A stretch of DNA of 64,000 nt, from contig JAERSV010000080.1 in NCBI GenBank assembly GCA_016845345.1, positions 8,750 to 72,749 of the forward strand. The letters are read 5' to 3'. The notes below the pieces were generated by a model. The model did not search any database and was not told where the DNA came from. It was given only the letters and a program-made list of their open reading frames with translations. This document shows positions 28,626 through 37,617 of the stretch, one piece after another. The translations under genes and the position numbers were made by a program. Positions within the stretch are counted from its first letter, which is position 1. Each line of letters begins with the position of its first letter. Source of the stretch: Methanobacteriota archaeon. Lineage in GTDB: Archaea > Thermoplasmatota > Poseidoniia > Poseidoniales > Thalassarchaeaceae.

Positions 28626-31600
28626 TCAATTTAATCCTGCTTCATTGACAATATATCTAGATTGTTTTGCATTCCAACCACTGGTTTGCAATTGACGAAG
28701 AATATTTCTTTCTGCTTCACCTGAGGCAATTGATTCACGGGCTTCACCAAGGGACTTTTCATAGTTTGCAGAATCTCTTGGAGTGAAAAGGTCCTCCCAC
28801 TTTTTCGGTGCCGTGGACTTTTTCGATTTCCTAGCTCCTTCCTCTGATTTGGTTCCACTTGGCTTCTTTCGTGTGGACCTTGTCTTTACATTCTCTGGCT
28901 TTGGTGCACCCGCAACCTTGCGAACTTTGCGCGAAGAAGCATCAGCCGGAGGCGCATCATCTGAAACTACGGTCCTGCGTGTTTTCTTGGCTCGAGGTGC
29001 GGGACTTGATGGGCTACTTCCTGCACGGCTTTGAGGCCCTGCACGGCCGGGAGGGCCGGCCGCTCGGCCCGGCGGCCCTCTTGAACCACCTGCGCTACTT
29101 GGGCCTCCTGCTTGAGGACCTCTAGAAGGCCCTCCACCTCCACGACTTGGAGGGGCTGCTCGTGCAGGAGGTGCACCTCGACTAGGTTGATTTCCTCCTA
29201 AGCCAGAAAAGTCCTGTCTTGCCGCAGGTGCGTTCCAACCACCTTGAGATCTTGAAGCAAATATATCATCATCGTCATCTTCTTCAAATTCATCATACAT
29301 ATCATCGTCATCATCATCCCAATCATCACCACCACGGATGATTCTAATGACAACCAATGAGATGATGACTAGAGCCAGTAAAGCCCCTATACCGGCACCG
29401 ATCATTTTCAGCGGCAATGTTGAAGATTCAGTTGAACCGTACCATTCATCGTACCATTCACAAGATTGATATTCTTCAGGAACAATCATTCCTGGACTTA
29501 ATGATGGATTGTAAAAATCCTCCCATTTTGTACATTCATCTACAGCATTACCATCGGCACCGGTTGCGGCTGGACATCCTACTCCTTGGACGCCATCTAT
29601 AACTCCGGGAGTAAATGGACATTCATCGCCTTCAAAACCTGAAATATTGTCACCAAACCCATCTCCATCGTTGTCTTTCCATTGGGTTGGGTCATTGATG
29701 AAAGCGTCAGCCCCTTCTTCAAAACCCCAGCCTGCCGCGGGGTCTGACCAACCATCACCGTCTGTATCAGGGCAACCCCAACGGTCACCGTTAGGTGGGC
29801 CTGTTGAATTACCTGCAACATTTGTACAACTATCACCTTGGAAACCACTCAATTCGTTTCCAAAGCCATCCATATCTAAGTCACCCCACTGGGTAGACTC
29901 AAGAGGAAATTTATCTACGTCATCAAAGAAGCCGTCGCCGTCTGTATCAATGTCATTTCGTGGACAACCGACTTCATTCACTTCGGCACCAGCAATAGTC
30001 CCAGCACATTCATCTAAGGCGTTTGAAACACCATCATTATCCTCATCCAGTTGATATGTAGCACATCCTGTTACATTATTGAAAAACTCATCAATTCGAA
30101 GCAGATCTGTGTCTGGGCATTCATCCTCAATGTCAGGGACACCATCCTCATCAGTATCAAGCGTCAATTGGTCCTGACTACAACCGTTTACATCAACCTC
30201 CGCAAGCGCAGTCGTGTTAGCACAACGGTCTAATGAATTTGAGACACCATCACCGTCGTCATCCTTTTGATTTTCAGAACAACCCTTCCATTGACCAGAG
30301 GTATCAACCACCTCCCCAATTGTAGTATTACCACAAATGTCGTCATCATCGATGATACCATCGCCATCAGAATCCTCTGCAGGAAGGGGGCATCCGCGTC
30401 CACCATCCCCATTCGCATAGCCAAATTGTTGGGGGCAAAAATCTCCATTTGTACGATTTGTGAAATCTCCATAGCCATCGCCATCGGAATCTCTCCATTG
30501 TTCTGGATTAGAGCTATTTGAATCGGCGTTGCCCGTCGGGTGTGCACTCTCTAAAGTATCTGGATTAGACCAGCCATCCCCATCATCATCTAGACATCCA
30601 AATCTATCAACACTTGAGTTACCCCAAGAAACTGGACAAGAATCGGGAGTAGTGCCTGTGGGATTATCACCAAAACCATCTAGATCGGTGTCATTCCACT
30701 GGGTTGGGTCCTCATTGAAAGCATCTTGCCGCCAAGCATCAGTCGTGGTATTATCTCCATAACCATCCCCATCTTTGTCATGCCATTGTTGAGAACAATT
30801 GGCGATACTACCACACGGTTCACCCGCATTTCCATTTCCACCCGGCCAATTATCAGCGCATCCATTTCGGCCATCTGAATCTATTGCATTACATTGGCTA
30901 CGATTGTAAATCCATGTGCTTTCTTGCGCATTTTGGGCTATGTGAGGGTCTGACCAACCATCACCATCTGTATCTAAACAGCCACCACGGTCATGAGCAG
31001 AAAAACCCTGTAACTCAGGGCACTGGTCACCTGTCCAATCAATATTGAACCAATCAGGTTGATTATCACCATCAACATCATGGCCGTTGAATAAACGTAG
31101 GGTTTCGTTGGCAAATTGGAAATTATGGTTATCTCCCCAACCATCATTATCCAAGTCCTCCCATTGGTTTCCATTCAAGGGATAAATATCAGTTGAAGAA
31201 CTCCCACAGCAATCAGGTCCGTGGTTATCATAATGGCCATCTTCATCTGTGTCTCTCTGTTGATGCCAATTCACAGGGTTTTGGTCGCCATCTGTACTCC
31301 AACCATCACCATCAGAGTCTGCACAGCCTTTTCTGTCAACCCATGAGTTACCCCTAGTGTATAGACAAATATCAACAGCGTCTGCCCATCCATCTAGGTC
31401 TTGGTCACTACAGCCGAAGTATCCCCATCTACTTCCTCTATCAAGTAAATCAGTACCACTGTTAATGCACTGGTCGGGGGTAGGACCACCCGGATTATCT
31501 CCGTAGCCGTCAGCATCAGCATCATTCCACTGACCACCAACACGAGGGACCTCATCCCATGGTAGAGGCACGAAATCGCGGTCCCAATCATTGTAGATGC

Positions 31601-34600
31601 GATAACTTGTCAGACGGTTATTTGAATTCAGATCAAAGTGGCATGCTACAACTCTAATTACACCTGTAGCATCAGTTTCCATATCAACTCCGCAAATGTT
31701 ACCGGCTGCTGTTGCGGTATACACGGGCTCAACCGTTGAACCATGAATTATTGCCAATGTCATTCGCTCTACGCCGGGGCCACCATCAAATGCAATCCAA
31801 GGCACTCCTTCACCAGTACTTCCTGCACTAAACAAAACATTTGAGAAATAACCAATTGACAAAGCCACACAATTGGCCGTACTAATTGTACAGAGTTTTG
31901 CATCAGAGGTTTGGGTTTGTTCAGTAAACAACACCATGTTTTGGTTCAGAATATGTGACTTCAAATCTGATGTTGGAGTCAATGACGAAGTCATCAATGA
32001 TGTGACATTGCTTTCATTTACTGACAATACTTCTGCCACACCAGAATCATTTGCAAGGGCAACCTGCAAGGTTCCGTCGCTCAGGCAAGCAACATCATTG
32101 TCACTTTGGTATCCCCAAATTGAGAAGGTTGTAACAGTTCCACCCGCATCAATGTAACTTAGAGTCGTTTCGTTTGTACTAACAACTGAACTAACTAAGA
32201 CGCCAGTTCCATTATCAAGTTGACAACCAGAACTGGCACCATATTCTTCGGAGCCATTTGAATTTGTACCACTAATGTTCCAACTGTCGCTCACACTTGG
32301 TGATTGATGAGTTAAAGCATGTGTACTTGAAATTCCAGCCCCAAGCGAACTATTGGTTACTACTGTAGAAGTCAAGAATCCAGAATCTGTTTCCGCTCTC
32401 AATTCAACATCTGAAACTGTGGCATTTTGGTAAGATGTTGTGAAAATTAAACTCTGCTCATCATCAATAACCAAATCAATATCCATTCGATTATGTGTTG
32501 CAAGAGGATGCTGTGTTGTCAGAATAGTGTGAGCACTTTGCTCAACAAAATTATTATTGTCATCAAGTACAATTGTTTTTCCTGACCTCGTCACAACCAT
32601 TGATGCAATCTCGGAATATGAGATTCCTTGCCATTCCTCAGCAGAGTTTGTGACTGCATTTGGCCTTTCTAAATGCCGTGTTTGATTTAAAACACCTGAT
32701 TTCAAAAATAAGTGAAACCTTCCAGAATCATCCAAATGAAGGTCGGCATTATCAATGGCAGCACCCCCAGCAATCTGAATATCAGAATACTCATTATTTC
32801 GCTTTTCAATTTGAATGACTACACCTGCAGAGTTGCCATCCATGTCCTTATCAAGAGATGTAACGATGATTTCAAATTGACCATCTCCATCCGTATCTCC
32901 CCCACCATTTACAGTCCTTCCAAGGTGTTGGCCACTCACACCTTCCATGAGAATTGAGTTGACCCCTTGACGTAAAAGTTGAGAATTATCTGCGAAGAAG
33001 TACTCGACTTTCCCTGCACCAACGCTGTTAATTCCTATTGAAGAAATTGCAATTTCAGAAAGGCCGTCATCATTGATATCTCCGATCGCTGACAATGCGC
33101 TTCCAAATGCTTGACTTGATTCTGTACCGACCAACTCTTGTGCTGGGTTATCTGGAAGACCATTAGCCGAGCCACGTAGAACTGTTACTTTGCCCAATGC
33201 TAAATTGTCGTAAAGCGGTTCACTATATGCAAAATCATCATACCCATCTTCATTGACATCGCCTATTCCAAGTACAGAGTACCCAAGTAATGTGTTAGTT
33301 GTTGTAGTTGTCCAGTAATTATCTATTGACATCACTCCTGTTTGTGACCCTTTGTAAACCTCCACTCTACCATTTCCTGTAAGGTCGGAAAACGAGCCCG
33401 CTGCCCCCATCGCAATGTCATCAAATCCATCACCATTGATGTCACCAATTCCAGCTAGGGACCAACCTTGAATTACGTTCGACCAATATCCTCTGGTGTA
33501 CCAATCGTGATCTGTATCTGGCCCATTTGCTGAGCCCAAATAAAGGTAGACTTTTCCTTCACCACCTGATTGTGTAAATCCAGTTGCGGCAACAAGAATG
33601 TCGGCGTAACTGTCGTTATTGACATCGCCAGCTGATGAAACTGTTCCACCGAATTTATCTCCTCCTCCTTCACCTGAGTCGGACCAATTTGCAGTCGAAT
33701 AAGTGCGGTTTCCACCATAGAATAAGTAAGATGTTCCTGTTGCAAATCCTAGACTATTAGTTGCGCCAATAGCGCCAATCAGAAGATCTGAACAGCCATC
33801 ACCATTGACATCACCTGCATTGGCTATTGATGAGCCAAATCTATCTCCGCCGGCAGTTCCTGTAAGATTGTAATCAGGGTTAGATGAAAGTCCCATCCCT
33901 GAGCCCCAAAAGATGTCAACAGCACCTGTTTCAGAATTAGCAGCCGGCCGGCTAACAATCAAATCATCAGTTCCGTCACAATCAAAATCAAGGTCATTGA
34001 TGGCTTGAGTTGCATATTCATCACTGACTGCACCAGTCGTCAAAGTATCAATTGATGGTGAAAGACGACCATTTTCTTGTCCTGTCAAATCACGTACAAT
34101 GGTTAACTCAGAAGAATTTGAAGACCCGTAAACATACTGGATGTTGCCGGTTGATGGGTCCTCAGCAAATGACATGGCTGGCCCAAGGCCTTGCCCGGCA
34201 GTCAGAGATTTGAGATCCCAATTTCCATCTGTGTCTAAAACCCCATGAATTATTTGTGTGGTATCTAGATTTTTGTAGAATATGTGTAGAGCATCATCAG
34301 CGTCAATAAATGCATCATATTGCGTACCTACCCTTGTGCCCACTAACAAATCTTCGTGGGTCCACCACGTTCCATATGATGACAGATGAAGTCCATTGTC
34401 GGAATCTAGCCAAAGGACATTCTCAGCCCCGTCGGAATCAAGCAATATAGAAATTTGAGCGACTTGGCTCTCATTTTGAATAGTTCTCATATTCCAAAGT
34501 CCACTTGCTCTTTGATATGCCACTCTGAGGAATCCTGATTCATTTGTGTATGCAACATGTATCAATTCACGCTCATCAACGATGATTGAACATTTCTTGC

Positions 34601-35024
34601 CAAGTTCTACTCCGCCAGAATCAATTTGAGTCAAAGTGGTGTCACCACCAAATTCCAAAGTGGCAATCCATACACCTCCTGTATCCTGATGCAAACAACC
34701 TCTTGCTCTGCCTCTATCATCTCTTGAAAGTTCTATTTCATCGAAAGTTAGAGAGGTATTGAGGGCAGTTGTTTGCCAGACATCCATTCCTCGAGTTGAA
34801 TCAACTACCCAATCAGTAGCGTTGATAATCATAGTTTGGCCTGCAAATTGCTCACCACTGCCATTTGAAAATGAAGTGCTAGGGGCAATTACTTCATTTT
34901 CCTCAAGAGATAATTCTCCACTCGGTGATATTGAGAGAATTGGAGTCAGTACAGAAACCAACATCAAAAGAATCAATGCCGCAGGCAGTAACAACTCTCT
35001 GCTTGCTACTCTTTCGGCCCCCAT
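28626..35024 (-). CDS. Giant surface protein: integrin-like FG-GAP repeats, thrombospondin type-3 repeats, TM and low-complexity cytoplasmic tail
   Basis: 2132 aa; AGDVNGDGxxDLLIGA repeats; many DxDGDGxxD...CP units; TM near aa 1880 followed by a D-rich then G/P/R/K-rich tail. Confidence 0.88.
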   Translation of the reverse strand: MGAERVASRELLLPAALILLMLVSVLTPILSISPSGELSLEENEVIAPSTSFSNGSGEQFAGQTMIINATDWVVDSTRGMDVWQTTALNTSLTFDEIELSRDDRGRARGCLHQDTGGVWIATLEFGGDTTLTQIDSGGVELGKKCSIIVDERELIHVAYTNESGFLRVAYQRASGLWNMRTIQNESQVAQISILLDSDGAENVLWLDSDNGLHLSSYGTWWTHEDLLVGTRVGTQYDAFIDADDALHIFYKNLDTTQIIHGVLDTDGNWDLKSLTAGQGLGPAMSFAEDPSTGNIQYVYGSSNSSELTIVRDLTGQENGRLSPSIDTLTTGAVSDEYATQAINDLDFDCDGTDDLIVSRPAANSETGAVDIFWGSGMGLSSNPDYNLTGTAGGDRFGSSIANAGDVNGDGCSDLLIGAIGATNSLGFATGTSYLFYGGNRTYSTANWSDSGEGGGDKFGGTVSSAGDVNNDSYADILVAATGFTQSGGEGKVYLYLGSANGPDTDHDWYTRGYWSNVIQGWSLAGIGDINGDGFDDIAMGAAGSFSDLTGNGRVEVYKGSQTGVMSIDNYWTTTTTNTLLGYSVLGIGDVNEDGYDDFAYSEPLYDNLALGKVTVLRGSANGLPDNPAQELVGTESSQAFGSALSAIGDINDDGLSEIAISSIGINSVGAGKVEYFFADNSQLLRQGVNSILMEGVSGQHLGRTVNGGGDTDGDGQFEIIVTSLDKDMDGNSAGVVIQIEKRNNEYSDIQIAGGAAIDNADLHLDDSGRFHLFLKSGVLNQTRHLERPNAVTNSAEEWQGISYSEIASMVVTRSGKTIVLDDNNNFVEQSAHTILTTQHPLATHNRMDIDLVIDDEQSLIFTTSYQNATVSDVELRAETDSGFLTSTVVTNSSLGAGISSTHALTHQSPSVSDSWNISGTNSNGSEEYGASSGCQLDNGTGVLVSSVVSTNETTLSYIDAGGTVTTFSIWGYQSDNDVACLSDGTLQVALANDSGVAEVLSVNESNVTSLMTSSLTPTSDLKSHILNQNMVLFTEQTQTSDAKLCTISTANCVALSIGYFSNVLFSAGSTGEGVPWIAFDGGPGVERMTLAIIHGSTVEPVYTATAAGNICGVDMETDATGVIRVVACHFDLNSNNRLTSYRIYNDWDRDFVPLPWDEVPRVGGQWNDADADGYGDNPGGPTPDQCINSGTDLLDRGSRWGYFGCSDQDLDGWADAVDICLYTRGNSWVDRKGCADSDGDGWSTDGDQNPVNWHQQRDTDEDGHYDNHGPDCCGSSSTDIYPLNGNQWEDLDNDGWGDNHNFQFANETLRLFNGHDVDGDNQPDWFNIDWTGDQCPELQGFSAHDRGGCLDTDGDGWSDPHIAQNAQESTWIYNRSQCNAIDSDGRNGCADNWPGGNGNAGEPCGSIANCSQQWHDKDGDGYGDNTTTDAWRQDAFNEDPTQWNDTDLDGFGDNPTGTTPDSCPVSWGNSSVDRFGCLDDDGDGWSNPDTLESAHPTGNADSNSSNPEQWRDSDGDGYGDFTNRTNGDFCPQQFGYANGDGGRGCPLPAEDSDGDGIIDDDDICGNTTIGEVVDTSGQWKGCSENQKDDDGDGVSNSLDRCANTTALAEVDVNGCSQDQLTLDTDEDGVPDIEDECPDTDLLRIDEFFNNVTGCATYQLDEDNDGVSNALDECAGTIAGAEVNEVGCPRNDIDTDGDGFFDDVDKFPLESTQWGDLDMDGFGNELSGFQGDSCTNVAGNSTGPPNGDRWGCPDTDGDGWSDPAAGWGFEEGADAFINDPTQWKDNDGDGFGDNISGFEGDECPFTPGVIDGVQGVGCPAATGADGNAVDECTKWEDFYNPSLSPGMIVPEEYQSCEWYDEWYGSTESSTLPLKMIGAGIGALLALVIISLVVIRIIRGGDDWDDDDDDMYDEFEEDDDDDIFASRSQGGWNAPAARQDFSGLGGNQPSRGAPPARAAPPSRGGGGPSRGPQAGGPSSAGGSRGPPGRAAGPPGRAGPQSRAGSSPSSPAPRAKKTRRTVVSDDAPPADASSRKVRKVAGAPKPENVKTRSTRKKPSGTKSEEGARKSKKSTAPKKWEDLFTPRDSANYEKSLGEARESIASGEAERNILRQLQTSGWNAKQSRYIVNEAGLN

Positions 35025-35122
35025 GGGGCCGATGGAAACATTGTTCCTGTAAAAGGGTAGTCAATAGATGTGGCTTACATTGGACTAGCAAAACGAATAA
35101 GTTAGCGGCCAGTACGACAATC

Positions 35123-35749
35123 GTGGAACAAGATGTAACACTGCTGATTGCGGCAGGAGAAGTCGGTGACAATTCCACAATAAAAACTGCTTGTAAAACG
35201 GCTTCAAGAGTAATCGCAGTCGATGGCGGAGTCAAGCATTTGAGACAACTAAATATCTCACCCAACATCATTGTTGGTGACCTTGACTCAGCTACAGATG
35301 ATGATATAGAATGGGCACAAAATGAGGGCGCAGAAACTCTTCGTTTAGACGGGCAATCTGAGAGTGATTTAGCAAAGGCACTTGACCTATGCGCACAACG
35401 AGGTTGGACAAAGGTGGTTGTGATTGGTGTGGAGGGTGGTCGGCCCGACCATCAAGTCGCGGTATTTGCAGCGCTTTCTGATGCTGATTCATCTCTTGAA
35501 ATTAAAACTCATCTTAATCGAACTTTAGTATTCAGATTTGTTGAAGGATTTGATGGCACCTTTTCTTCAATCGAAACGTTCTCCCTGTTCTCCCTAACAG
35601 ATGTCATAATTTCATTGAGAGATTGCCAGTGGGAACTTGATAATGAAAAATTAAGATTGTCGACTAGAGGATTATCAAACAAAGCCGCAGGTGATGTGAG
35701 ATTGAATGTTCATCATGGCGGCCCAGTATTTGTATTCGTCAATCTATGA
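35123..35749 (+). CDS. thiN: Thiamine diphosphokinase
   Basis: IAVDGGVKHL, PNIIVGDLDS, QSESDLAKAL, GVEGGRPDH, STRGLSN; GTG at 35123 preferred (ORF-track start overlaps the divergent gene). Confidence 0.85.
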   Translation: MEQDVTLLIAAGEVGDNSTIKTACKTASRVIAVDGGVKHLRQLNISPNIIVGDLDSATDDDIEWAQNEGAETLRLDGQSESDLAKALDLCAQRGWTKVVVIGVEGGRPDHQVAVFAALSDADSSLEIKTHLNRTLVFRFVEGFDGTFSSIETFSLFSLTDVIISLRDCQWELDNEKLRLSTRGLSNKAAGDVRLNVHHGGPVFVFVNL

Positions 35750-35792
35750 AATTTTGATTTCAACAAATTGAATCAAGTCCTATGCAAACATT

Positions 35793-36203
35793 CTACACCC
35801 ATGGTAAACCCAACGCAATCCCGACTAGGTCAAGGATTACATAATTCCAGACCATGTAAGTTACAAGAGTAATTGTGATTACTGCCAAAGATGTGTTAAC
35901 TATTCTACGACGCTCTCTTTTTGCATGGTCTAGTGTGCATATTCCACGGCTTCTGAAATGAAAGATTAACCCTGCTATCACCATTCCCAACGCAACTAAA
36001 TAAAGAATCGGACGAGCCACTCCGTAGTACAAATCATTCGATAATTGGTCGGCTGCTACTATCGCAGATGAACCCGCAAAAAGAACCCATATTACACTGG
36101 GAAAACAACACATGCTTGCCGTTAGTGCACCTAATCCAATCGTTTTCCATAATGATTTTGCCCCAGAAAGAATGTCTTCATCTTGTGCTGATTCTGAATC
36201 CAT
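35793..36203 (-). CDS. MerT-like small membrane protein (vicinal Cys pair in first TM)
   Basis: GALTASMCCFPSVI resembles MerT ASxCCxGP; three TM segments with a Cys in the loop (RGICT). Confidence 0.55.
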   Translation of the reverse strand: MDSESAQDEDILSGAKSLWKTIGLGALTASMCCFPSVIWVLFAGSSAIVAADQLSNDLYYGVARPILYLVALGMVIAGLIFHFRSRGICTLDHAKRERRRIVNTSLAVITITLVTYMVWNYVILDLVGIALGLPWV

Positions 36204-36273
36204 CTCATTACCTCCTGGTGATTTCTACCTTATCAATGAACAATTGATTAGAGCCACCTGTTCTGATTCAATT

Positions 36274-37617
36274 TTATACTTCGGAATAAGGTACCCACTG
36301 CCCAGATACTTGATCAAACCAATCAACAGCACCATCGGGATGTTGTCGCCAATAAACACCAGTTGGGTCGACGTAAGATGGTAAACCATCAGAGTCAGGT
36401 TCTAATTCCATGGCATTAACATCGCCATATGCCATTTCTTCCTCGCCGCGTCGATTCCACATTGCACCGCCAAATAATCCCAACAAGATTGCAACCCCAA
36501 TACCGATAATCAATACGACCCCTTGGGCCGCTAATATTGACTCGCCGAAGAATGGTGTTGGTTCATATTCTTCACCAAACGAACGTTCTGGCCACATATT
36601 TTCTGGTCCTGCCGCTTCTAACACTTCAGCAGATACTTCACCAATAGGTGGTAAGCGAACCAAATTGAATGCCCCTCGAGTTGATTGGCCTTCTGGTGAA
36701 GTCACGGTGACTCTGACCTTGCTGAATCCTACCTGCCATAGACGGCAATCAACTGTTGAAAATCCAGGAACTGAAACATCTTCTCCTCGAGGGTCAGTAA
36801 TTTCCCAATCAACAGTCATCAATGCCATCACAGTTCCAATTGATGGCTCGATTGCCACAGTACATGGCGAGCCAACTTCGTCATTATTTCCGGTTACATT
36901 GAGTGTGAACACTGGTGGAGGCAGAGAGTGAATAGTGAAATCTTTTGTTGTTGAAGTTGAGAATCCTAGAGTGTTCTGGTAAAACATTTCCAAGTGATAA
37001 TCACGAGCAGGCCATGTTGAGCAATCAATATCTGAAAGGTCACTAGGAACTAGCCAAGGTGTACCGCTCAGAGAAATAACACCAGTTGCGCCATAAAGGT
37101 CACCAATCTCATCAAGGAATACTCTTTCAACCACACAATCATCACCCAGGAAAATCGTAGGTGCTGCCTCTAAATCAAATCTTAAGTATGGGGCAGAGAG
37201 GCTCGCCATCAACTCATATTCACCAAAATCTTCTGAGAAAACTATCATGTTTGTCTCAGCGTCCCATACCTTCATTCTAACAATAAAAGTACCATCACCC
37301 CAAGCCTGAACATCTGTTGAACCAAAATAAGGGGTAGTACGGTTAAACGTTAGATTATCCCAGAAAGTGAGTGTCATGCCGGCATGCTCCACATCGATTT
37401 GAACTGCTGCTTCGGCATAGTGTGAAGTCGTGTTGAGAAGATAAACGACTCTGATGGTATCTCTATCGCCATCATTGTCTAAATCTAGCCTGTCAGCTCT
37501 TGAACTATCAACCCCAATGTGAGGTGCATCTTGGGCTGAAACTGCAGAGGCAAAAATAGGCATTAATAATACAATAAGTGACAAAAATGCTACATTCTGT
37601 TTACTCAAGGAGTTCAC
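36274..37617 (-). CDS. Hypothetical secreted protein with TM and aromatic-rich cytoplasmic C-terminal module
   Basis: Signal peptide, TM near aa 370, C-terminal YVDPTGVYWRQHPDGAVDWFDQVSGQWVPY; overlaps the upstream gene stop. Confidence 0.75.
   Translation of the reverse strand: MNSLSKQNVAFLSLIVLLMPIFASAVSAQDAPHIGVDSSRADRLDLDNDGDRDTIRVVYLLNTTSHYAEAAVQIDVEHAGMTLTFWDNLTFNRTTPYFGSTDVQAWGDGTFIVRMKVWDAETNMIVFSEDFGEYELMASLSAPYLRFDLEAAPTIFLGDDCVVERVFLDEIGDLYGATGVISLSGTPWLVPSDLSDIDCSTWPARDYHLEMFYQNTLGFSTSTTKDFTIHSLPPPVFTLNVTGNNDEVGSPCTVAIEPSIGTVMALMTVDWEITDPRGEDVSVPGFSTVDCRLWQVGFSKVRVTVTSPEGQSTRGAFNLVRLPPIGEVSAEVLEAAGPENMWPERSFGEEYEPTPFFGESILAAQGVVLIIGIGVAILLGLFGGAMWNRRGEEEMAYGDVNAMELEPDSDGLPSYVDPTGVYWRQHPDGAVDWFDQVSGQWVPYSEV

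Noticed and set aside
34925..35122. N-terminal extension of thiamine diphosphokinase overlapping the giant divergent gene
   Set aside because: Family similarity starts around aa 70; GTG at 35123 gives a normal-length protein with no overlap.
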